Source of the DNA: an uncultured Chloroflexia bacterium
Lineage (GTDB): Bacteria > Chloroflexota > Anaerolineae > B4-G1 > SLSP01
Direction of reading: 5' to 3'
DNA: 64,000 bases
Assembly (NCBI GenBank): GCA_963751345.1
Contig: CAVVUS010000019.1
Location: 77,975-141,974 of the forward strand
Position numbers and translations under genes: made by a program. Below the pieces are notes generated by a model. That model searched no databases. It had not been told where the DNA came from and was given only the letters and a program-made list of their open reading frames with translations. Positions 43,559 through 51,971 of this stretch are shown here, piece after piece; position 1 is the first letter of the stretch; each line of letters starts with the position of its first letter.

Positions 43559-44998
43559 TCAGTTGGTGAAGCCGGCCTCGCGCAGCAGCGGTGTGGTGGG
43601 TCGCCCGACGACGAGGCCGCCGTTCTGGACGTAGCCTTCCTCGCGGCCCGTCGAGTTCCTCGATCAGGTGCCGGCGCCATTGGCGGACGATGTCCGGGTG
43701 AGCCGGTGCGAGGTCGTGGGTCTCCTTCGGGTCGTCACCCAGATTGAAGAGCTGCTCTGCGCCTAGCTGCGAGTACCAGATGTACTTCCACACGCCGTCC
43801 GTCAGCCATTGGTTCGAGTATTGGCCCGCGGTGTGTTCTCCGTGGATGTAGGTCGCGCCATGCGGGGGTCTCACCACGACAGAAGGGCAGGACGCTGCGG
43901 CCCTCGATGGTTTCCGGGACCGCAATGCCGGCGACCTCGCAGAGCGTGGGCAGCACGTCACGCATCTCGATAGGGGCATCCACCGTGGCGTGTTGGAGGC
44001 CGCCCATTGACCTCGGCAGGCGGAGCAGGAAGGGGACGCGCGCAGAGGCGTCGTAGGGCAGGGCCTTGGCCAGCAGGCCATGGTCGTAGAGCATCTCGCC
44101 GTGGTCGGAGCAGAAGAGGATCGCGGTGTTGTCCAACACGCCGTGCGCGTGGAGCGCGTGGATGAGGCGGTTGATCTGGTGGTCGATGAACGTGATCTGG
44201 GCGTAGTAGGCGCGGCGCGCGCGGTCGCGCTGGACGGGATCGAAGGGCGTCGGGCTGTCGACGCCGCGAAGGGGCATCGGGTAGTCCGCGTCCCAATCGC
44301 CTGCGACCGGAGGCGGAAGCTCGACCTGCTCATACATCCGGACGTAGGCCTCGGGAGGATCGAGCGGCGGGTGGGGCCGGTGGTAGGACGCGTAGAGAAA
44401 GAAGGGCTTGGTCGGGTCGCGGCGGCGCAGGAAGTCGACGGATTGGGTGGTGACCCAGGCGGTGGGGTGAAGCATCTCATCGTAGATCCACGGGCGTGTC
44501 ACGTAGCCATTGCAGCCGATGCCGGTGTCGGTGTAGTCTGCGGCGGGCCCGTGTGCGGCGCGCAGCCAGGGAAGGTAGTCGTCAACCAGGGTGACGTCCT
44601 GGGTGGGCCGGCGCTCGTGGTGCAGGTAGCCGTCGTGGAGCACGACGTTGTGGAACCCGATGAGGTTTCGGGGTGGGTAGACGTGCATCTTGCCCACGGC
44701 CTGCGTGTGGTAGCCGCCCACGGGCCAACAGGCCGGCCAGCGTGACCTCGTAGGTCCACGGCACGCCGTCTTGATAGCCAACGCGACCGTGGCTGCGCGG
44801 CGTGAGGCCGGTGTGGAGCGACGCGCGCGAGGGGATGCACGTCGGGCAGGCCGCATAGGCCTGGCTGAAGGCGATGCCCTCGGCAAAGAGCCGGTCCAGG
44901 TGAGGCGTCTCGGCGGGCGTATTCCCGGCAAAGCCGAGCGCATCCGCGCGCCACTGGTCGACGTGGATGAACAGAATGTTGGGCTGTGGGGCGGTCAT
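43559..44998 (-). CDS. Sulfatase (arylsulfatase-like); frameshifts
   Basis: PNILFIHVDQWR, CIPSRAS (CxPxR), GKMH, RPHPP, SDHGEM, EQLFNL..DP.E. Confidence 0.9.
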
Positions 44999-45287
44999 AG
45001 GTCGGTGACCTCCTTTGGATGGTCTGTACGGGATATGCTCGTGATGGTAGGCGCCGCCCGGCGCAGGTCAACCCAGCGGTGCGACGCCGGAAGATCGTGG
45101 CTCGGGTTCACTGACCTAGTGCTGCTGCACCGCCCCCGCTCGTCCATGCATCCTCTTTTGCGAGCAGTGCCCTCTCGGCTTTAACGACCTTGTAACAACA
45201 GCGTAATCCCTCCCACTGCGATACCACCTATACTGGAAGTGTGAGTGAAGACCGGTCCGCGTGACCGACGTCCACCCGGAGGGTTCA

Positions 45288-45633
45288 ATGGCATCGTCTC
45301 TATCTGCTCGGCCTAAGGGCGGCCGCATACCGGCACCGGCAGCATCCGGATCCGTAGCGGAGCTCGTCGAGGCCCCTGAGTGCCCCGACGTAGGGGGTGC
45401 TCCTGCCCGATTGTCGATTGATATCGAACGTGCTTACACACTGGCAGACCGAGTCCTGGCGCTGGACCAGCCATGGCGCAGCCACTTCATTGAGTATATC
45501 GCGCTGCGTGCCAATGCGACTCCAGTTGGAGGACCGGCCACCCTCCCGCTCTCAGCTCGCAGTGTGGCTGGCAAATCAGGGACTACACCGGCTCATCACG
45601 GTTCTCATGCGGACCTGGGACCCTAGCGCGTGA
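45288..45633 (+). CDS. Hypothetical protein, 'EPWR' domain copy 1; one frameshift near 45530
   Basis: GGAGG RBS; LADRVLALDQPWRSHF...PSRSQLAVWL...LMRTW; corrected stop overlaps next start (GTGA, 45630-45633). Confidence 0.7.
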
Positions 45634-45875
45634 TCATTGAGATGGCAATTCGCGAAGGGACCAATCCCGCGGAGCGGGCGGCTACAGTGACCGACGGTAT
45701 CCTGTCACTTGCGGAGCCGTGGCGCACCCGGTTCGTGGTCTTGGTCGCGCGTTATGCCGGGGTAGATCGGGTGGCCGAGTCGCCCTCGCGCGAGGACATT
45801 ATCGCGTGGTTGGAGGATGAAGACGTCTATGACAAGATCCGGCTCATGTTGAGGACCTGGACTCACTCCGGCTAG
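45630..45875 (+). CDS. Hypothetical protein, 'EPWR' domain copy 2
   Basis: VTDGILSLAEPWRTRF...PSREDIIAWL.D...MLRTW. Confidence 0.75.
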   Translation: MIIEMAIREGTNPAERAATVTDGILSLAEPWRTRFVVLVARYAGVDRVAESPSREDIIAWLEDEDVYDKIRLMLRTWTHSG

Positions 45876-46049
45876 CAGCGGATCGCGGTCGCGGGCCGTC
45901 AGGGAGCCCGGAAAGAGGGACGACGCGGACGCCGCGCCGTCCCTCTTGTCGTCTTGGCAGGATGGTGCAGTACGATATACTTGTCAGTATCTCAGATATG
46001 TGAGCTGCCGTCGTGATGCGATTGCCTATCATGGAGCTGCAAGTCCGCT

Positions 46050-46592
46050 ATGAGTGACGATGAGTCCCGGCTGATCCGCCAGGCGAAGGCCGGGAACCGA
46101 GACGCGTTTGCCGCGTTGTACCGGAGCTATCACCCGAAAGTCTACCGCTACATCCTCTTCCGGGTCGACAGCGTGGCTACCGCAGAGGACCTCGCCAGCG
46201 AGGTCTTCGTGCGCCTCGTGGACCGCATCGACCAGTTTGACGAGCGGGGCCGCCCGATCCTGGCGTGGCTCTACACGATCGCCCGGAACCTCGTGTCGGA
46301 TCACTATCGTCGCGAGGGGCGGGCCGAGCAGACGGAGCTTCACGATGGGCTGGTCGACGATACCGTAGATCCTTCTCAGGCGGCGCATTACTCGCTCCTG
46401 GAAAGCGACCTGGCCATCGCGCTGGGCCAACTGACCGAGGAGCAGCGCCAAGTCATTATGCTGCGGTTCTTTGAGGATCTCGACAACGCCGCGACGGCTC
46501 GCGTGCTTGACAAGAGCGTGGGCGCCGTCAAGGCGCTGCAGCACCGGGCGTTGGCCGCGCTGGCTCGCTGCCTGGGGACCGGGGAGCCCTGA
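46050..46592 (+). CDS. ECF sigma factor
   Basis: LI.QAKAGNRDAFAALY, AEDLASEVF, AWLYTIARN, LTEEQRQVIMLRF, SVGAVKALQHRAL. Confidence 0.93.
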   Translation: MSDDESRLIRQAKAGNRDAFAALYRSYHPKVYRYILFRVDSVATAEDLASEVFVRLVDRIDQFDERGRPILAWLYTIARNLVSDHYRREGRAEQTELHDGLVDDTVDPSQAAHYSLLESDLAIALGQLTEEQRQVIMLRFFEDLDNAATARVLDKSVGAVKALQHRALAALARCLGTGEP

Positions 46593-46692
46593 TAGCTGCT
46601 GCGCCGTATCCTTGTGGGTGGAGCGACGTTATTCACATTAAGAATGCGTTGGTCTGTCGCTGTACGTGGACGAGGGAGTTTGGGCCGGTGCG

Positions 46693-47793
46693 ATGCTAAG
46701 CCTAGATGAAGTGTTGGATGAGTGCTTGACGCGGTTGGCAAGAGGCGAGCCGTTGAGGTGGGTCGTCGACCGCTATCCCGCGTATGCACGCGAACTCATG
46801 CCCCTCCTGGAGATGGCGGAGGAGTTGTGGCGCGTACGTCTACCGCAGCCGAGCCGCGAAGCCTATGAGGCTGGGCGGGCAGAGATGCTCACGGCCCTGG
46901 ACCGCAAGGATGCCAAGCGCAGCCGCCGCAGGTTCGCCTGGGCCGTTTCGTTGGGCGGGGTCGCCCTGGTTGTCCTCATCACGGGCCTGTTCGCCCTGCA
47001 GTACCGGCTGCCTTTCGACATCCGCTTCGGCGCGGGCCCCGACGATCATTCTGCGCAGGTCGCGATGGCTGCGGGCACCGTGCTGCGTCTGCCTGCCCAG
47101 GCAACGATTTGGGAGCCGCTGAACGCAGGCGACACCGTCCTGCCGGGCGAGAGGGTGCAGACCGCGGGAAGTGGTTCGACCGAGCTCCGTTTTGCGGATG
47201 GCACCGTGGCGGAGTTGAGCCCGAACACGGAGATTGCCGTGGCCGGTGTGGCGACGACAGAGACCCCCGGGTCGCCGGCTAACGTGATCTACGTGGAGCG
47301 GGGTGAGGTGGCCTACGACACTCCGGAGAGCGAGGGCTCTGCCACACCTCGACGGCACCTCGAGGTCCGTACGGCGTCTGCAGTGGCCGTGCCGGAGACA
47401 CCCGGACGTTTCTCCATGACGGTGTCGTCGGCGGGTGCGACGTTGCTGGAAGCTGATACCGGACAGGTTTCCCTCACGAGTGCTTCCGGCGAGATCCAGG
47501 TGGTCAAGCCTGGGCACAGCGCCGAAGTGGCCGCGTCATCTTCGCGGCCTGAGCAGCCGCCGGGGCAGGAGAAGCAGGAGCCGGGACCCGCCGGCTCGGT
47601 GGCGACGCCGACGCCCACGCCAAGGGCTCATCCGTCCCAAGGAACACAGCCGACGCCGAAGCCGTCCCACACACCCAAGCCCACGCATACGCCCAAGCCG
47701 TCCCGGGATACGGGCCCTCCGGTGGAACCACCGGGGCAATCGGGCCGAGATCACGTGCCACCTGGGCAATCCAACAAAGACAAAGACAAGTGA
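46693..47793 (+). CDS. Membrane-bound anti-sigma factor with extracytoplasmic FecR-like domain
   Basis: N-terminal LDECL..L..GE...YP..A.EL.PLL, one TM, GDTVLPGERVQT...RFADGTVAELSPNT (FecR-like), PT-rich tail with PPGQ repeats; directly after the ECF gene. Confidence 0.75.
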   Translation: MLSLDEVLDECLTRLARGEPLRWVVDRYPAYARELMPLLEMAEELWRVRLPQPSREAYEAGRAEMLTALDRKDAKRSRRRFAWAVSLGGVALVVLITGLFALQYRLPFDIRFGAGPDDHSAQVAMAAGTVLRLPAQATIWEPLNAGDTVLPGERVQTAGSGSTELRFADGTVAELSPNTEIAVAGVATTETPGSPANVIYVERGEVAYDTPESEGSATPRRHLEVRTASAVAVPETPGRFSMTVSSAGATLLEADTGQVSLTSASGEIQVVKPGHSAEVAASSSRPEQPPGQEKQEPGPAGSVATPTPTPRAHPSQGTQPTPKPSHTPKPTHTPKPSRDTGPPVEPPGQSGRDHVPPGQSNKDKDK

Positions 47794-47844
47794 AGGATCC
47801 GGCAGATGCCCGCAACGCCGGGGTGGAGTGCCGGATCGACGGCT

Positions 47845-48345
47845 ATGGCTGACTACCTCGTCGACGTACTCGACCAAAGCCTTGGTTGCATGGCACTGGG
47901 CGAGCCACTGAGCCAGTGTGTGGTGTGTAGCCCCGAATACGCAGACCAGCTACTTCCTCTGCTTCAGGTGGCGCAGATCCTGCGGCACTGGGCATCGCTG
48001 ACGGCACGTGAAGAGGCGTTCGAACGTGGTTACGCCAGGACCATGGCGGCGGTTGACGCCAGGCTGGACAGCCTCAACCGGCTCCAGGTCGCCAAGGGGT
48101 GCCTGGAGCTCACGCCCGAGATGCTCGGCGCCGACCGTCTGGCCCAGCGTATCCTGGGCCTCGATGAGCCGTGGCGATCTCGGTTCATCGCCTTCGTCCT
48201 CTCTCACTGCAGGACCAACGGGGTCGCGCCGCCCGACGATGGCCTGAGGCAAGAGCTGGTTGCCGGCCTTCTTGACGACGAGCTCTATCCCCTGACCGCA
48301 GCGCTATTACAGACGTGGTGTCACGACAGAGTCGACCAGGCTTAG
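47845..48345 (+). CDS. Soluble fusion of an anti-sigma-like N-terminal domain and 'EPWR' domain copy 3
   Basis: VLDQSL...LGEPL...PEYA..LLPLL..A..L aligns with the anti-sigma N-terminus; C-terminal LAQRILGLDEPWRSRF...LLQTW. Confidence 0.72.
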   Translation: MADYLVDVLDQSLGCMALGEPLSQCVVCSPEYADQLLPLLQVAQILRHWASLTAREEAFERGYARTMAAVDARLDSLNRLQVAKGCLELTPEMLGADRLAQRILGLDEPWRSRFIAFVLSHCRTNGVAPPDDGLRQELVAGLLDDELYPLTAALLQTWCHDRVDQA

Positions 48346-48546
48346 TCGAGCACTTCGTGTGAGAGTTGTTCACCGGATCGGCTGCCTATCCGGTTCCCTG
48401 CACTGCGACGTGCTCGCCGAGCTTGCTTTTTCGGGTCGCCTGCCGATAATGCGTTGCCAGACTCCTGATCAGGGTCACGCGGCGTTGTAGAGACGACGAC
48501 CGCGGGGGCTGCGTCGCAATACGCAGCCGAGTCGAAAGGGGGGGCA

Positions 48547-49179
48547 ATGGCACATTGGGAGATGGTTCAGGGCGATGAGCCAATCCGGCTGTTCAAGTCT
48601 GACGTGCTGGAGTTCTTCACTCACATCCATCCTGCAGTGGTTGTAGCGATCTGGCTTCCGGTGGGGGTCTATGCCCTGGTGCGCGCGATCCTAACGCCGG
48701 GCCTGGGTGTGGGCAGCTTGGTTGTGGGCGTCCTACTGGGCGTCTTCGTGTGGACGCTCACCGAGTACACGGTGCATCGCTTCGTGTTTCACTTTCCTCC
48801 GCGCACGCCCCGGCAGGAACGGATCTCCTTCCTCTTCCACGGTGTGCACCACGCGCAGCCGCGCAGCAAGACGCGGCTGGTCATGCCCCCGGTCGTGAGC
48901 GTCCCGCTATCCTTGTTCTTCTATGGGCTCTTCCGGTTGGTGGTCGGCGTGGCGCTGGGTGCCCCTGCCTGGATCGCGCCGCTCTTTGCCGGGTTCGTCT
49001 TCGGGTACCTGACCTACGACATGACACACTACGCGACGCACCACTTCCCGATGAAGTGGGGTTATTTCAAGATGGTTCGCCGCCATCATATGCTGCACCA
49101 CGCGCGTACCCCTGACCGGCGTTTCGGCGTGAGCTCGCCGCTCTGGGATTACGTGTTTGGCACGGAGCCACAGAGCTAG
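48547..49179 (+). CDS. Fatty acid hydroxylase / sterol desaturase family
   Basis: EYTVHRFVFH, HGVHHAQP, RLVMPP, YDMTHYATHH, HMLHH, FGVSSPLWD His boxes. Confidence 0.92.
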   Translation: MAHWEMVQGDEPIRLFKSDVLEFFTHIHPAVVVAIWLPVGVYALVRAILTPGLGVGSLVVGVLLGVFVWTLTEYTVHRFVFHFPPRTPRQERISFLFHGVHHAQPRSKTRLVMPPVVSVPLSLFFYGLFRLVVGVALGAPAWIAPLFAGFVFGYLTYDMTHYATHHFPMKWGYFKMVRRHHMLHHARTPDRRFGVSSPLWDYVFGTEPQS

Positions 49180-49268
49180 CACGCAGGCTCGAGACCTTTG
49201 GGGTTTCGCCGTCGAGCAGGTGCCTACTCGACAAGGAAGCCCCAAAGGTCTTTCATGTAAGGAGATGC

Positions 49269-50723
49269 ATGCACCAACATCACGAGGGTCGCCTGACGGC
49301 CCGCGACTGCAAACGCTACATCCGCCACGAGTTCACCGCGCCGGAACTGGCGCGGCTGGAGATCGATTTCCGGTTTTCCCCGGAGCGCGTCCACGATATA
49401 CGCAACTTGCTGACGCTCACTCTCTTCGATCCCCACGGGTTCAGGGGGGCGGGCCATCGCGGCGGGGCGCATCACCACGTCTCTATCGATACGGCGGCGG
49501 CAACGCCGGGATATCTGCCCGGCCGGCTTCCCGCGGGGCGATGGGTCGTGGAGATCGATACGCACATGATCATGCCGGGCGATCCCGTGGCCTACACCCT
49601 CGACGTGACCGCGATAGAACGTGCGGGGGAGGACGGGGTCGCGCCGGATAGAGAGCCGCCCGTGCGCGGGCCGGCGAAGGGGCCGGCGCGCGGACCCGGT
49701 TGGTACCGCGGTGACCTGCACACTCACACCGACCACTCGGATGCGGATGACTTCCCCGTCGCGGCCCTTCTGGCGACGGCAGGGCAGGCGGGCTTCGACT
49801 TCGTCTTTCTGACAGATCACAACACGATCTCCGGCCTGGCGGAGATGGACGCCGCCTCGTCGGAGACGCTGCTCACGGCGGGCGGGATGGAGCTCACCAC
49901 GTACTGGGGCCACGCGCTCTGCCTGGGAACGCGCGACTGGGTGGATTGGCGGGCCGGCCCGGGTACGGGCGAGCTGCCCCGCACGGCGGCGGAGCTCTAT
50001 GCCCGGGGCCAGGTCTTTGTGATCGCCCATCCCGGATCCGACGGCGACCCCGGCTGTACGGGCTGTACATGGCGGGTGCCCGAAATGTACCCCGGCAACG
50101 CGCGGGTGGTCGAGGTGTGGAACGGCCCGTGGCGCGGTGACTCCGGCAATGAGGAGGCTCTCGCGCTGTGGTACGACTGGCTCAACGAGGGGCTGCGGCT
50201 CGTCGCCAGCGCCGGGTCCGACTACCACGGTGATGTGGACGAGCTGCTTCCGGAGGCAGGCCCGGGGTCCGAGGCAGATGACGGGACCGACGAGGTCGAC
50301 GTGGTAGCCGTCGCTGCTGCGGCGAACGTTGGGTTCAGCGTCATCTACGCGGAGGCGCTGACAGAAGCGGCGCTGCTCAAGGCGCTCATGGCCGGCCATC
50401 TCTATCTCAGTGCGGGGCCCCAGGTCAGCTTCGAGGCCCGCGCCGCAGGCACGGTCTCGATGATGGGCGATGAGGTGCCGGCGAGTGCCGCCGAGGAGGG
50501 GATCACGCTAGCGGTCACGTGGGACCATTGCGCCGCAGATGCACAGGTGCGGACGATCGTGAACGGCCGACTGTTGGATGCGTGGCCCGCGGAGGGGCGT
50601 GGCACGCGCGAGTGGACGATGCAGGTCGACGAGGCCGACTGGGTCGTCGTGGAGATCCGCGATGCCCGCGGGGCGATGCTGGCGCTCACGAATCCCATCT
50701 TCCTGCCGGCGCCGGTACGGTGA
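49269..50723 (+). CDS. PHP-domain metallohydrolase (CehA/McbA-like)
   Basis: WYRGDLHTHT.HSD, TDHNT, GMELTT..GHA, IAHP, EVWNG, GSDYH. Confidence 0.85.
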   Translation: MHQHHEGRLTARDCKRYIRHEFTAPELARLEIDFRFSPERVHDIRNLLTLTLFDPHGFRGAGHRGGAHHHVSIDTAAATPGYLPGRLPAGRWVVEIDTHMIMPGDPVAYTLDVTAIERAGEDGVAPDREPPVRGPAKGPARGPGWYRGDLHTHTDHSDADDFPVAALLATAGQAGFDFVFLTDHNTISGLAEMDAASSETLLTAGGMELTTYWGHALCLGTRDWVDWRAGPGTGELPRTAAELYARGQVFVIAHPGSDGDPGCTGCTWRVPEMYPGNARVVEVWNGPWRGDSGNEEALALWYDWLNEGLRLVASAGSDYHGDVDELLPEAGPGSEADDGTDEVDVVAVAAAANVGFSVIYAEALTEAALLKALMAGHLYLSAGPQVSFEARAAGTVSMMGDEVPASAAEEGITLAVTWDHCAADAQVRTIVNGRLLDAWPAEGRGTREWTMQVDEADWVVVEIRDARGAMLALTNPIFLPAPVR

Positions 50724-51736
50724 AGCCCTTCGACGACCTCACCCCCCGCGGGAAGGCCCGGCGGCTCCGGCGTGTGGCCCTGGCGGCGCTGCCCGAGTTC
50801 GGGCTCAACGTTGAGAGGTTGGAACTCCTCGGGATGTTCACCAATGCGCTCTTCCGACTGCGGACAGGCGACGGCGAGGCCTACGTGGTTCGCTGTTGCG
50901 CGCCCGGGTGGCGGACGGACACCGATCTACGGTCTGAGGCGATGTGGCTCGAGGCCCTGGCCCGCGACAGCGACATTGGGGCACCCGTTCCCCGGCGAGC
51001 GCGCGACGGCGACGCCATCGTCCGGGTCGCGGTCGAGGGCGTGCGGGGGCCGAATCGCTGCACGGTGATGAGTTGGATCCCCGGCGTGCCGTTGGGCCGG
51101 CGGATGTCGATTGAGAATCTGGCCAAGATGGGCGAGCTCTTCGCCCGGATGCACGCTCACGGGGCGGCCTTTGACCCTCCACCCGGGTTCACGACCCGCC
51201 GGATGAGGTCCTATCTCGGGCGCGATGAGCCCGACGTGCTCTTTTCGGACGAGACCCTGGCCACGCTCCCGCGCCGCCATCGTGAGCTTCTGCAGCTCAC
51301 ACGTGCGGCAGTGGACACTGCCTTCGCCGATCTCTACGCCGATCCGAGCGGCCTGCGCGTGATCCACAACGATCTGTGGCACGACAATATCAAGGTGTCT
51401 CGTGGCCGGTTGCGTCCGCTCGACTTCGAGGACACGATCTGGGGCTACCCCGTCCAGGACATCGCGATGGCTTTCCAGGATCTGGCCGACGATGCTCCGC
51501 CTGAGGCGTACGACCCTTACGTCGACGCTTTTCGAAGCGGATACGAGCGCCTCGCAGCGTGGCCCGAGCGGTCGCCGGGGCAGATCGACGCCTTTCGCGT
51601 TGGGCGTCTGCTGTGGGTGACCAACTGGGTGGCCCGGCACGAAGGGCCGTATCTGGTGGACCACGTCAGCCGCCTTGCGCCGCGTCTCGAGGGTTTCCTC
51701 GCCACCGGCCGCGTCCGTACCTCCCCTGGCTCCTGA
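50720..51736 (+). CDS. Aminoglycoside phosphotransferase / homoserine kinase type II-like kinase
   Basis: GTG overlapping the previous stop; IHNDLW.DN and LDFED catalytic motifs. Confidence 0.85.
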   Translation: MKPFDDLTPRGKARRLRRVALAALPEFGLNVERLELLGMFTNALFRLRTGDGEAYVVRCCAPGWRTDTDLRSEAMWLEALARDSDIGAPVPRRARDGDAIVRVAVEGVRGPNRCTVMSWIPGVPLGRRMSIENLAKMGELFARMHAHGAAFDPPPGFTTRRMRSYLGRDEPDVLFSDETLATLPRRHRELLQLTRAAVDTAFADLYADPSGLRVIHNDLWHDNIKVSRGRLRPLDFEDTIWGYPVQDIAMAFQDLADDAPPEAYDPYVDAFRSGYERLAAWPERSPGQIDAFRVGRLLWVTNWVARHEGPYLVDHVSRLAPRLEGFLATGRVRTSPGS

Positions 51737-51971
51737 GGATACGAGCCCGTAGACCTCCGGCGGTGGCCGTGGCAGAGACGCGTCGCCGTCACTTACCCTC
51801 TGTGCGAGCTGCCACTCCCGAACGGATTCCGCCGGAGCGTTTCTCGTAACCGCTACGTTTACCGTTTCGTAACCGGCATCGTATATGCTTCTACTCGAAG
51901 CTGGGAGTAGAGCTTTCGCCCTGCGCTGTGATGTGGGTCCGGGGGGCGAAGCCGGAATGTGTGGAGGTCCT

